Source of the DNA: Rhizobiaceae bacterium | Lineage (GTDB): Bacteria; Pseudomonadota; Alphaproteobacteria; Rhizobiales; Rhizobiaceae | NCBI GenBank assembly: GCA_965247225.1 | Contig: CBDFGT010000030.1 | Location: 17,456-81,455 of the forward strand | Length of the DNA stretch: 64,000 nucleotides | Reading direction: 5' to 3' | Part shown: positions 39,119 to 48,248 of the stretch, piece after piece | Layout of the letters: the number at the start of each line of letters is the position of its first letter | Position numbering within the stretch: position 1 is the first letter of the stretch | Notes under the pieces: model-generated | Databases searched by the model: none | Told to the model about the DNA's origin: nothing | What the model saw: the letters and a program-made list of their open reading frames with translations, nothing else | Position numbers and translations under genes: made by a program

Positions 39119-39223
39119 TTACTCGGGACGAAACATCATGCCGGGAGTTACGAAGGAACCCTTTGCGGCAACGGCGGCAACGGCTTTCAGGTCGGGCTTC
39201 TGCTTGGCTGTAATCTGCATCAT
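39119..39223 (-). CDS. Short ORF (34 codons; 33 from the second ATG): candidate precursor peptide MMQITAKQKPDLKAVAAVAAKGSFVTPGMMFRPE
   Basis: Not in the supplied ORF track (too short). SD AAAGGAG lies 3 or 6 nt before the tandem ATG ATG. By hand count about 70% of third codon positions are G/C, unlike the adjacent spacer. Sits directly upstream of the SagB-like gene on the same strand. Confidence 0.45.
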   Translation of the reverse strand: MMQITAKQKPDLKAVAAVAAKGSFVTPGMMFRPE

Positions 39224-39488
39224 ATGCTCCTTTTGGTTGGGCCACTCACTTGGCACAGGGCAATCATTGGCAAAAACAGTTAAAAATCTGTAAAAACAAA
39301 AGTAAATTTGAATATATTTTAACTAGAGAATTACGCTATTTATTTTAAATTCTTTCTCTATTTAATTTAAATCAGCTTAAAATAACATAACAAGCAGTAC
39401 AGAGTATTTTATTTCAGGAATATTGATTAAAATGTGATTTTACATCATGTTGCAGTCCATACAAACATGCAGGGGAAGCATAGGGACT

Positions 39489-39698
39489 ATGGAATCAACG
39501 AGTTTCGACTTTGACGTCACACTTCAGGCAGCAGGAAAAAACAACGCGGATGTGGCAAGATGGATCTTTGAATCTCTCAAGCCGCTGCGAACGGCCTGCA
39601 TGGAAAATCAATATGATTTCATGGCTTACCTTATCGAAATGACAGAAGTGGAAGCCTTCAGGGTCATGACCGAACAGCAAAAACAACGTTCTATATGA
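39489..39698 (+). CDS. Small acidic hypothetical protein (69 aa; 83 aa if started at 39447)
   Basis: Open frame only, with no recognisable motif. Divergent from the peptide/dehydrogenase unit. Confidence 0.35.
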   Translation: MESTSFDFDVTLQAAGKNNADVARWIFESLKPLRTACMENQYDFMAYLIEMTEVEAFRVMTEQQKQRSI

Positions 39699-39706
39699 GA
39701 TAACGC

Positions 39707-40498
39707 TTATATATTCGGGTATATATTTCCAAGATCACGCTTTTGTTGATCGATACAGGCAACGATGTATTTCTCGACAAAAGGATCATTCACAGAAAAA
39801 ATTTTGGAATTTTTCAAGGCCGAGCGAATGTCGGTACCCTGTTTTGCAGGGTGCATTGCAACCGCAACGACAGATGGTCCATTTTGGGTAAGCACCATAC
39901 CATGTCCGGACAACACCGGCAGTGACAGGGGAACCCAGCGCAAACGAATAAGAGAGGGTTCCTTTGTGCCTGTCTGGTTTATGCCTGTCAAAAGAAAGGA
40001 GTTCAGGCGTTCCAGAATGACACCCTTGTGGTTGCCGACAATATGAGACCAGTGTGATCCTTCTTTTGTCGCGAACCCGGTCATTCTGCGGAAGGTGACC
40101 ATATCCCCTTCCCGTTTGATAAAAATCGCTGTGCACATCAAGAAGTCATGCATCCCTGGAATGGCAATCCACAAATAATAGATCCCCGGATTGAGCGACG
40201 GTGCCGGAAGATCGAAAAGCGGCTCCAGTGTTTCCTTGCAGCTTGCAAGCATGCGCGCGCTGGATTTGTTGCCGGTCTTCAGATCTATTCTGGGCGGATC
40301 GGCAAACAGCTCCTGTTCCTCGACATTGAAATAACGGCACAGCGTTTTCAGCGTCGTCAGGCTTGGTGTCGACTGCATGGTGAGATAGCGTTCAAACTGC
40401 TGCCGGTTGAGCCCCATATCCCTGCATGCTGAATTGATGCTTCCCCTGGCAAGACACAGGCGTCGCAAATTCTCCGCCAGATTACCGCGTACCGACAT
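39707..40498 (-). CDS. XRE-family HTH regulator with an uncharacterised ~200-aa C-terminal domain
   Basis: HTH 'LARGSINSACRDMGLNRQQFERYLTMQSTPSLTTLKTLCRYFNV'. Start ATG 40498 is preceded by GGGGGA. Low GC. Confidence 0.7.
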   Translation of the reverse strand: MSVRGNLAENLRRLCLARGSINSACRDMGLNRQQFERYLTMQSTPSLTTLKTLCRYFNVEEQELFADPPRIDLKTGNKSSARMLASCKETLEPLFDLPAPSLNPGIYYLWIAIPGMHDFLMCTAIFIKREGDMVTFRRMTGFATKEGSHWSHIVGNHKGVILERLNSFLLTGINQTGTKEPSLIRLRWVPLSLPVLSGHGMVLTQNGPSVVAVAMHPAKQGTDIRSALKNSKIFSVNDPFVEKYIVACIDQQKRDLGNIYPNI

Positions 40499-40664
40499 TG
40501 TGGTCCCCCATGACAAGCAACGCCATTGCGCTACAAAACAGGAATGCAAACATTCCGCAACGCAAAATAGGGAACTGGTTCACAACGTCCACCATATAAA
40601 GCTGTTCTTGCGCTATTTTTGATCTGCCGAATCGCATCGCGGCCCAAGGCATGATGGATCATGA

Positions 40665-41711
40665 TCACGTCACAAGGTGGAAATCATCACTTTCGCCCGG
40701 AACCATTTCCAGCGGCCATATGGTGTTGCGTGCCCCGTCAGGATAAAAATCGGCAAAGGCCGGGATCTGGGCCAGCAACGCTTCACCTGTAGCAAGTCCC
40801 AGACCGCGCAGGGACATGCGATGGCATGTCAGTGTCGGCGAAAGGAACCGGGACGCCGGTCCTTCGCGAAAACCGATCACGGCAATGTCGCGCCCGGGCT
40901 TTACACCGGCCTCTGTCAGACGGCGGTAAAGACCGAACGCCATCAGCTCATAATGCAGGAGAACAGCGGTTGGCCGGTTTTCCATGGCCAGAATATGATT
41001 TGCAACCTCTGCACCGCCGTTTTCGGCAGAATGCGCCCTGAAAACCAGCGCCGGGTCAAAAGCGATACCATGCCTTGCCAGCGCCTTTTTGTAACCCTCC
41101 AGAAACAGATATCCCAGATTGATCGCATTTGACGGCAGGGTGATCGCAATCCTGCGATGTCCGTGCGCAACAAGCCGGTCAATCGAACCGCCGGAAACAC
41201 CTTCAAAATCAAGGTCAATCCACGTATGTTTCGGTGTCGGCCCGCTGCGCCCGAGCGCGACAAACGGAATCCTGGCCCTGGTCAAAAGGTCGATGCGCGG
41301 ATCCCTGTACATTGTGGCAGAAAGGATAACGGCATCCACAAGTCCGCGTGAAACAATGCGCTGCAAATATTCATTCGGATCGTCATCCACAGAGCAGGGC
41401 AACAGGATGAGATCAAGCTTGTGCCGTGCGAAGGCACTCTTGATACCGTCCACCACACCTACGAAAAAATTGTCATAATTGTCGAGATTTTCGGTACTCG
41501 TTCCACCGGATTCCATCATGAATCCAACAGTATTCGTCACCCCCTTGCGCAAGGAGCGGCCAGCCTGATTGGGAACATATCCAAAATCCAGCGCAGCCTG
41601 CTGCACGCGCTTGCGGGTTTTTTCACTGACGCCGGGATGATCGTTCAGTGCCCGTGATACCGTACAGGTTGAAACATTCAGTTGCTCCGCAAGCTTGCGT
41701 ATTCCCTTCAA
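40665..41711 (-). CDS. LacI/GalR-family transcriptional regulator
   Basis: HTH 'IRKLAEQLNVSTCTVSRALND' plus a periplasmic-binding-protein-like effector domain. Confidence 0.9.
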   Translation of the reverse strand: MKGIRKLAEQLNVSTCTVSRALNDHPGVSEKTRKRVQQAALDFGYVPNQAGRSLRKGVTNTVGFMMESGGTSTENLDNYDNFFVGVVDGIKSAFARHKLDLILLPCSVDDDPNEYLQRIVSRGLVDAVILSATMYRDPRIDLLTRARIPFVALGRSGPTPKHTWIDLDFEGVSGGSIDRLVAHGHRRIAITLPSNAINLGYLFLEGYKKALARHGIAFDPALVFRAHSAENGGAEVANHILAMENRPTAVLLHYELMAFGLYRRLTEAGVKPGRDIAVIGFREGPASRFLSPTLTCHRMSLRGLGLATGEALLAQIPAFADFYPDGARNTIWPLEMVPGESDDFHLVT

Positions 41712-41784
41712 GGCTCACGCCCCCCACCCTGAAATTGAATCTTCAATGCGACCTATTGACACAAACAAGGATCAAAGCATAGTC

Positions 41785-41800
41785 TGCTAAACGTTTAGCA
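41785..41800. promoter_or_regulatory. Perfect 16-bp palindrome TGCTAAACGTTTAGCA: LacI-family operator overlapping a putative promoter
   Basis: Matches the generic LacI/GalR operator shape (TGnAAnCGnTTnCA). TTGACA at 41756..41761 and a -10-like CATAGT lie just upstream. Confidence 0.65.
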
Positions 41801-41841
41801 TTGATGCAATGCAACATAATGTAGCTCTGGGAGGAGGTTTT

Positions 41842-42873
41842 ATGCTGAAAGCCGTTTTGTGCGGATGCGGCGCCATGGCCAGGGGCTGGTTGCGTGCCAT
41901 TGATTCCACACCCGCCATTCGCGATGCGATCGGGATTGTCGGTCTTGTTGACCTCAACCTGGAGGTGGCAAAAGACCTTGCCAGGGAATTCGGGCTTGAC
42001 CCTTCGCTTTGCGGTACAGACCTTGATGCTGTCCTGAAGGAAACCGGCGCCGATATCCTGTTTGATGTGGTTGTGCCGGCTGCACGCCGCAATGTGGTTG
42101 AAACGGCCTTGCGCAACGGTTGCCACGTACTGAGCGAAAAGCCTATGGCTGTTTCCATGGAAGATGCCCGCCATTTGCTGGCCATGGCAAGGCAATACGG
42201 CAGAATTCACGCCATCGTGCAGAACCGCCGTTTCATTGCAGGTGTTCGCAGCCTCAGGGCGGCTATTGACGCCGGCATGATCGGCGACCTGACCGGCCTG
42301 CATTGCGATTTCTTCATCGGTGCGCATTTTGGCGGTTTCCGCGAGGACATGGACAATGTGCTGCTGCTTGACATGGCCATTCACACCTTTGATGCGGCCC
42401 GGTTCATGGCAGGCAAGCAGCCGCTTGCCGTCTATTGTTTTGAAAACAATCCGCAAGGATCGTGGTATCGCACCGGATCATCCGCCAGCGCCATTTTTGA
42501 GCTGTCCGACAATGTAACCTTCACCTATCGCGGATCGTGGTGCGCCGAAGGGGCCAATACAAGCTGGGAATCGCAATGGCGCATTATCGGCACCAGGGGC
42601 ACCATCCTGTGGAACGGCGAAGACACATTTACCGCCAACCGCGTCACGGGCGATACAGGCTTTTTCCGTGATCTGGAACCCATGGAGATTCCGCCGCCGC
42701 CATCCATGAGTGAAACCCATGGCCACGCTTCCGTCATCGCCGGTTTCATATCTGCAATCCGCTCGTCCGGCACGCCCGAAACGGCAAGCCACGACAATAT
42801 CAAAAGCCTGGCAATGGTTTTTGGCGCCATTGAAAGCGCCGCGACCAAAACCCGGGTCAACATCGCACATTAG
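41842..42873 (+). CDS. Gfo/Idh/MocA-family NAD(P)-dependent oxidoreductase
   Basis: N-terminal Rossmann segment 'MLKAVLCGCGAMARGWL'. SD GGGAGGAGG upstream of ATG 41842. Confidence 0.85.
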   Translation: MLKAVLCGCGAMARGWLRAIDSTPAIRDAIGIVGLVDLNLEVAKDLAREFGLDPSLCGTDLDAVLKETGADILFDVVVPAARRNVVETALRNGCHVLSEKPMAVSMEDARHLLAMARQYGRIHAIVQNRRFIAGVRSLRAAIDAGMIGDLTGLHCDFFIGAHFGGFREDMDNVLLLDMAIHTFDAARFMAGKQPLAVYCFENNPQGSWYRTGSSASAIFELSDNVTFTYRGSWCAEGANTSWESQWRIIGTRGTILWNGEDTFTANRVTGDTGFFRDLEPMEIPPPPSMSETHGHASVIAGFISAIRSSGTPETASHDNIKSLAMVFGAIESAATKTRVNIAH

Positions 42874-42885
42874 GAAACAGACGTC

Positions 42886-43785
42886 ATGAACCCTGCAAAT
42901 TCCATCCGGATCGGTACCATGGTCAGTGCATCTGACGGCACGGCCGCAGACAGGATTGCCAAAATCAGCCATCTGGGCTTTGAAAGTTTCGAGCCGTTCT
43001 TCTGGCAGACCACAAACGGACAGAATCTCGCCGATCTGGGCAAGCGCTGCATGGATGCCATCGGTGACCGCGATATCACCATCTCCACTATCGGCGTTTT
43101 CGGAAATCCCCTGGAACAGACAGAAACGGATCTGGAAACCCTGCGCTCCTGGAAAGATGCCATTGACAACGCCCGTCATTTTGGCGCGACCTGTGTGGCG
43201 GGCTTTACCGGCCGCATCCGCAACCAGCCCATTGAGGCAAGCCTGCCGCGCTACCGGGAAATCTGGACCGAACTTGCCGCCCGTGCGGCTGACAAGGGCA
43301 TCAGGATTGCTTTTGAAAACTGCGCCATGGACGGTAACTGGGCAACAGGCGACTGGAACATTGCCCATAATCCGGATGCCTGGGAGCTGATGTTCAATGA
43401 AACACCGCAGGAAAATATCGGCCTGGAGTGGGAGCCTTGCCACCAGATGGTTTATCTGATCGATCCCATGCCGCAAATCCGCAAATGGGCCCACAAGGTT
43501 TTCCATGTGCATGGCAAGGATGCCACCATCCGCCGGGACGTGATCAGGGAACACGGCATTTTCGGCAAGGAAAAATTCGTGTTCATGCGCACGCCGGGTT
43601 TTGGCGACACCAACTGGACCGACGTGATTTCCGAATTGCGCCTGGCAGGCTGGAGCGGGTCGATTGACATCGAAGGCTGGCATGATCCGGTCTATCGCGA
43701 TGCGCTGGAAATGACAGGTCAGGTGCACGCGCTGAACTATCTCAAGAATTGCCGGGGCGGAGACTTCGTCGTCGATCCGGCATAG
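42886..43785 (+). CDS. Sugar-phosphate isomerase/epimerase (xylose-isomerase-like TIM barrel)
   Basis: 'IRIAFENC' and 'DIEGWHDP' segments typical of AP-endonuclease-2/TIM-barrel sugar isomerases. Confidence 0.75.
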   Translation: MNPANSIRIGTMVSASDGTAADRIAKISHLGFESFEPFFWQTTNGQNLADLGKRCMDAIGDRDITISTIGVFGNPLEQTETDLETLRSWKDAIDNARHFGATCVAGFTGRIRNQPIEASLPRYREIWTELAARAADKGIRIAFENCAMDGNWATGDWNIAHNPDAWELMFNETPQENIGLEWEPCHQMVYLIDPMPQIRKWAHKVFHVHGKDATIRRDVIREHGIFGKEKFVFMRTPGFGDTNWTDVISELRLAGWSGSIDIEGWHDPVYRDALEMTGQVHALNYLKNCRGGDFVVDPA

Positions 43786-43849
43786 CAGAAGCTTTTGGAC
43801 GTATGGCCCGGGAAGCCTGCCAGAAGTGCAACGTCAACAGGAGGAAAAC

Positions 43850-45085
43850 ATGAAAAAAATCAAATTTTCAATACTCGGTGCCTTGGCTATGGCCTCGGTT
43901 TCGTTCATGGCAATGTCGGCCCATGCCGAAGATGTAACGATTACCGTCTGGTCGCTGGACAGCGACAATCAGCCGGCCGCTGTACTGGCCAGGGAATTCA
44001 ACGAGAAGAACACCGGTATCAAGATTGAATACCGGCAGATCCAGTTTGATGATGTGGTCAGCGAAGCCATGCGCGCCTATTCCACAGGCCAGGCGCCGGA
44101 CATTATCGCGGTAGACAATCCGGAACATGCACTGTTTGCATCCAGGGGTGCATTTCTCGACCTGACAGACCGGATTGCCGCTTCGTCGGTCATCAAGAAA
44201 GAGAATTATTTCCCCGGACCGCTGAATTCGGTCACCTGGGACGGCAAGCTCTTTGGCGTTCCAAAGGCCACGAATACGATTGCACTCTATTATAACAAGG
44301 ACATGTTCAAGGCCAAGGGTCTGGACCCCGACAGCCCGCCAAGGACATGGGACGAACTGGTGGCGGATGCCCGCAAGCTCAACGATCCTGCGGCCAATAT
44401 CTATGGTCTGGCTTTCTCGGCCAAGGGCAATGAGGAAGGCACATTCCAGTTTCTGCCATGGGCACAGATGGGCGGCGGCAGCTACGACAATATCAACACG
44501 CCCGGTGCTGTGAAGGGTCTTGAGACCTGGAAAACCATCATGGATGAAAAGCTGGCCTCCCCGGACACCCTGACCCGCGGCCAGTGGGATTCCACCGGCA
44601 CCTTCAATTCCGGCAATGCGGCCATGGCCATTTCCGGCCCGTGGGAGCTCAACCGCATGCTGGAAGAGGCCAAGTTTGACTGGGGTGTTGCCCTTCTTCC
44701 GGTTCCGCAAGAAGGTGCAGAACGCTCCTCGGCCATGGGTGATTTCAACTGGGCCATTTTCTCCACATCCAGGCATCCGGACGAAGCCTTCAAGGTGATT
44801 GAATATTTCGCATCGCAGGATAACCGCCTGTTCCCTGACTTCGGCCAGTTGCCTGCCCGCTCCGACATCGCCATTCCGCCAACCGGCAATGCCCTGAAAG
44901 ATGCGGCCCTCAAGGTGTTTGTCGAACAGCTGAAATATGCCAAGGCCCGCGGCCCGCATCCGGAATGGCCAAAAATCTCCAAGGCCATCCAGGACGCCAT
45001 TCAGGCAGCCCTGACCGGCCAGTCCACTCCGAAAGACGCGCTTGACCAGGCAGCAGCCACCATCAAGGGTATCCTTGGTTCCTGA
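43850..45085 (+). CDS. Sugar ABC transporter substrate-binding protein (family 1)
   Basis: Signal peptide '[26 protein letters not shown]'. SD AGGAGGAAAA upstream. Confidence 0.9.
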   Translation: MKKIKFSILGALAMASVSFMAMSAHAEDVTITVWSLDSDNQPAAVLAREFNEKNTGIKIEYRQIQFDDVVSEAMRAYSTGQAPDIIAVDNPEHALFASRGAFLDLTDRIAASSVIKKENYFPGPLNSVTWDGKLFGVPKATNTIALYYNKDMFKAKGLDPDSPPRTWDELVADARKLNDPAANIYGLAFSAKGNEEGTFQFLPWAQMGGGSYDNINTPGAVKGLETWKTIMDEKLASPDTLTRGQWDSTGTFNSGNAAMAISGPWELNRMLEEAKFDWGVALLPVPQEGAERSSAMGDFNWAIFSTSRHPDEAFKVIEYFASQDNRLFPDFGQLPARSDIAIPPTGNALKDAALKVFVEQLKYAKARGPHPEWPKISKAIQDAIQAALTGQSTPKDALDQAAATIKGILGS

Positions 45086-45097
45086 CAGGCGGACATT

Positions 45098-45166
45098 CCG
45101 GTGCTTTCGTAAAAGACAGCACCGGCCTCCCGGACCGGACACTCCGCCAGAACAGCAGGGTGTCCG
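45098..45166 (+). promoter_or_regulatory. Two intercistronic hairpins after the binding-protein gene
   Basis: CCGGTGCT-N12-AGCACCGG (45098..45125) and CGGACAC-N17-GTGTCCG followed by TTT (45136..45166). Likely an mRNA stabiliser or partial terminator. Confidence 0.4.
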
Positions 45167-45198
45167 TTTCCGGCTATCGTTTAAGGAGGAGGACTATA

Positions 45199-46104
45199 AT
45201 GCTGATGAGATTTGTCGCCCATTTTCGAGATGGCACAGGCTTTGACAAGGCGCTGGTCGCCTTTCCGATGGTCTTTTTGCTGCTCTTGTCCGGTCTGCCC
45301 CTGATTTACAATATTCTGATGAGCTTTCAGGAGGTCGACATGTTTTCGCTGGCCTCGATCATCAGACCTTTTGCAGGCATCAAGAACTACATCTGGATTT
45401 TGACACGTCCGGAATCCATGAAGATTTTTTCCAACACCGCCATTTTCGTCGTGGCCTCCATTGCGGGCCAGTTTGTGATCGGTTTTGCACTGGCACTGTT
45501 CTTTCAAAACATCTTTCCCGGATCCACCTATATTCGCGGGCTGTTTCTGGTCTCCTGGGTCATGCCGGGCCTTGTGGTCGGTGCCATCTGGAACTGGATC
45601 CTTTCGGGTGATTTCGGCGTTTTCAACTATGTCCTGAAATCCCTGCATATCATTGATGCCAATATCTTCTGGCGATCCGATCCAAAATATGCGCTCTGGG
45701 CCATCATCATGGCCAATATCTGGCTGGGAACAGCCTTCAACATGATCATGCTCTCTGTGGGCCTTGCCGCCATTCCCAAAGACATCAACGAGGCCGCATC
45801 CCTCGATGGTGCCACGGGCCTGCAGCGCTTCTGGACCATGACACTGCCGATGATGCGCTCGACCATAGGCGCACTCATCTCGCTGGGCCTGATTTTCACC
45901 CTGCAACAGTTTGACCTTGTTGCCTCCATCACTTCGGGTGGCCCCAACAACGCTTCCAATCTGGCGCAATACTGGGCCTGGGATCTGTCTTTCAAGCAAT
46001 ATGACTTTGCCAAGGGGGCCACCATTTCCGTGGTCATGATCCTGCTGGTCATGGTCGCCTCCGTTGTCTACGTGCGATCCACACGTCATGAGGTGCGCGG
46101 ATGA
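45199..46104 (+). CDS. Sugar ABC transporter permease
   Basis: Polytopic protein with EAA-type loop 'INEAASLDGATGLQRFWTMTLP'. SD AAGGAGGAGG upstream. Confidence 0.9.
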   Translation: MLMRFVAHFRDGTGFDKALVAFPMVFLLLLSGLPLIYNILMSFQEVDMFSLASIIRPFAGIKNYIWILTRPESMKIFSNTAIFVVASIAGQFVIGFALALFFQNIFPGSTYIRGLFLVSWVMPGLVVGAIWNWILSGDFGVFNYVLKSLHIIDANIFWRSDPKYALWAIIMANIWLGTAFNMIMLSVGLAAIPKDINEAASLDGATGLQRFWTMTLPMMRSTIGALISLGLIFTLQQFDLVASITSGGPNNASNLAQYWAWDLSFKQYDFAKGATISVVMILLVMVASVVYVRSTRHEVRG

Positions 46105-46928
46105 GCAGCACAGCAAGGAACCGCATGCTGTTGGCCATCGCCATTCTGATGGCCGCACTTTACCTCTTCCCCCTTTACTGGATGGTGATCACCAGCCTCA
46201 AATCCGGATCGGAAATGTTTGCCACCCCGCCGACATTCCTTCCGGCAGACCCGCAATGGCAGACCTATGCCACCGTGTGGAAAACCCGCAACATGGGCGA
46301 ATACATGTGGAACTCACTCGTCATCGCCTTCGGTTCAGTGGCTTTCATTGTGGTGCTGGGCACAGGCTGTGCCTATGTTCTGGCACGCTACCGCAATGCC
46401 TGGGTGGATCTGGGCCTGTTCATGATCCTGATGTTGCAGGTTCTGCCTGCCAGCCTGATGATCACACCGATCTTCGTCGGTTTCAATCAGCTCGGCCTCC
46501 TGGACATGCCGCGTCTTTCGGTCATCCTGGCCCTCTCTGCCAAGGCCATGCCTTTCTTTGTGGTTCTGGTGCGGGCAACCTTCATGAATGTCCCCCAGGA
46601 GCTGGAGGAGGCAGCCCTTGTTGACGGCAATTCCCGTATCGGCGCTTTCTGGAACATTGTCCTGCCGCTTGCCCGCAATGGCATCCTGGTCAGCGCAATC
46701 CTGATTTTCATGCAGGCCTTTGGCGAGTTTGTCTATTCCAAGTCAATCATCCAGGAAAGCAATCTCCAGCCGGCCAGTGTTGGCCTGAACACGTTCATGG
46801 GCCCCAATACCAATGAATGGAACAAGATCATGGCCTATTCCACCATCTATGTCCTGCCTATTCTTGCAGCCTTTGTCCTTTTGCAGCGGCGCATTGTTGC
46901 CGGCTTGACGTCTGGAGCTCTCAAATGA
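46101..46928 (+). CDS. Sugar ABC transporter permease
   Basis: EAA-type loop 'LEEAALVDGNSRIGAFWNIVLP'. Overlaps the upstream stop. Confidence 0.9.
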   Translation: MSSTARNRMLLAIAILMAALYLFPLYWMVITSLKSGSEMFATPPTFLPADPQWQTYATVWKTRNMGEYMWNSLVIAFGSVAFIVVLGTGCAYVLARYRNAWVDLGLFMILMLQVLPASLMITPIFVGFNQLGLLDMPRLSVILALSAKAMPFFVVLVRATFMNVPQELEEAALVDGNSRIGAFWNIVLPLARNGILVSAILIFMQAFGEFVYSKSIIQESNLQPASVGLNTFMGPNTNEWNKIMAYSTIYVLPILAAFVLLQRRIVAGLTSGALK

Positions 46929-47989
46929 ACACGCAAATCGCGCTCACCAATATCAACAAGCATTATGGCAGCTATCACGCCCTGAAAAACGTCAATCTGG
47001 AAATTCCCAAAGGCCAGTTTGTAGCCCTTGTCGGCCCTTCGGGATGCGGAAAATCAACGCTCCTGCGCGCGATTGCAGGTCTGGAGACCATAACCTCCGG
47101 AAACCTGACCATTGCGGGTGCGGACATGACCCGCATGCCGCCGCGCAAGCGTGATGTCGCCATGGTCTTCCAGACCTATGCGCTTTACCCGCATCTGACC
47201 GTGGAACAGAACCTCACCTATTCCATGCGCATTCGCGGTGCCAGCAAGGAAGCCATGCACAAGGCTGCCCGCGAGGTCGCTGCCACCACCGGCCTGGGCG
47301 ATCTTCTGGGCCGCTACCCGCGCGAACTGTCCGGCGGGCAGAGACAGCGCGTCGCCATGAGCCGTGCCATTATCCGCGACCCCAAGGCCTTTCTGTTTGA
47401 CGAGCCGCTCTCCAATCTGGATGCCGCCCTGCGCGTGCACATGCGCAAGGAAATCCGTTCCCTGCACGACCGCCTCGGCGCAACCTCTGTCTATGTCACC
47501 CATGACCAGATCGAGGCCATGACCATGGCAGACCATGTTGTGGTTATGCGCTCGGGCATTGTCGAGCAGCAGGGCTCGCCCCTGTCGCTCTATGATCGCC
47601 CGGTCAACAGGTTCGTGGCAGGCTTCATCGGTTCACCGGCCATGAACTTCATGCCCGGCACCATTGGCGCTGACGGCATGTCCGTCATAATCGGAGCCGG
47701 TGCAACCCTGCGTCTGCCAACAGCACAGGAGCCGGGCCGCAAGGTCATTGCAGGCCTTCGTCCCGAACATATGGTACCCGCCCCGGCCGGTGAAAATACA
47801 CTGTCCTTGACGATCGGCTTTGTCGAATCCACAGGCTCGCTGACCTATTACACGACAAGGACACAGCCCGAAATGACGGTGGTGGAAACCGGACGCGGAA
47901 CCTTTGGCGCAGGACAAACCCTGACACTGACCATCAGGCCGGAAAACATCCACCTGTTTGATGCCGCAACAGAAAACCGTCTGGACTGA
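46925..47989 (+). CDS. Sugar ABC transporter ATP-binding protein (MalK/UgpC-like)
   Basis: Walker A 'GPSGCGKST', signature 'LSGGQRQR', Walker B 'FLFDEPLSNLD'. The ATG overlaps the upstream TGA. Confidence 0.95.
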   Translation: MNTQIALTNINKHYGSYHALKNVNLEIPKGQFVALVGPSGCGKSTLLRAIAGLETITSGNLTIAGADMTRMPPRKRDVAMVFQTYALYPHLTVEQNLTYSMRIRGASKEAMHKAAREVAATTGLGDLLGRYPRELSGGQRQRVAMSRAIIRDPKAFLFDEPLSNLDAALRVHMRKEIRSLHDRLGATSVYVTHDQIEAMTMADHVVVMRSGIVEQQGSPLSLYDRPVNRFVAGFIGSPAMNFMPGTIGADGMSVIIGAGATLRLPTAQEPGRKVIAGLRPEHMVPAPAGENTLSLTIGFVESTGSLTYYTTRTQPEMTVVETGRGTFGAGQTLTLTIRPENIHLFDAATENRLD

Positions 47990-48248
47990 ACCGTCTGGCC
48001 CGGAAACGGCCGGCACCGGGATGCAGATTCCGGCGCCGGCATTCAAACAGCCGCGCAACAGCAGCCGCGAATTTTCTGTACGGTCCTGAAAAGCCTCTGG
48101 ACCTTGTCGCAAAAACCTGACAGGCGTTTCTGCACAAAACTGGATTACAGAACCGTAATACTATTGTATGAAGGCAAACTGTTGACCATCTCAGGCCGGC
48201 CCCCCGGTTTGTTTCCGTCTTGTGCAGAGAGAAAGTCTGGAATTTTAA

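Noticed and set aside
39009-39245. 78-aa GTG-initiated ORF overlapping the short peptide ORF
   Set aside because: It has no SD and an Arg-rich out-of-frame-like composition. The 34-codon frame has the SD and coding-like third-position bias. The call remains uncertain without comparative data.
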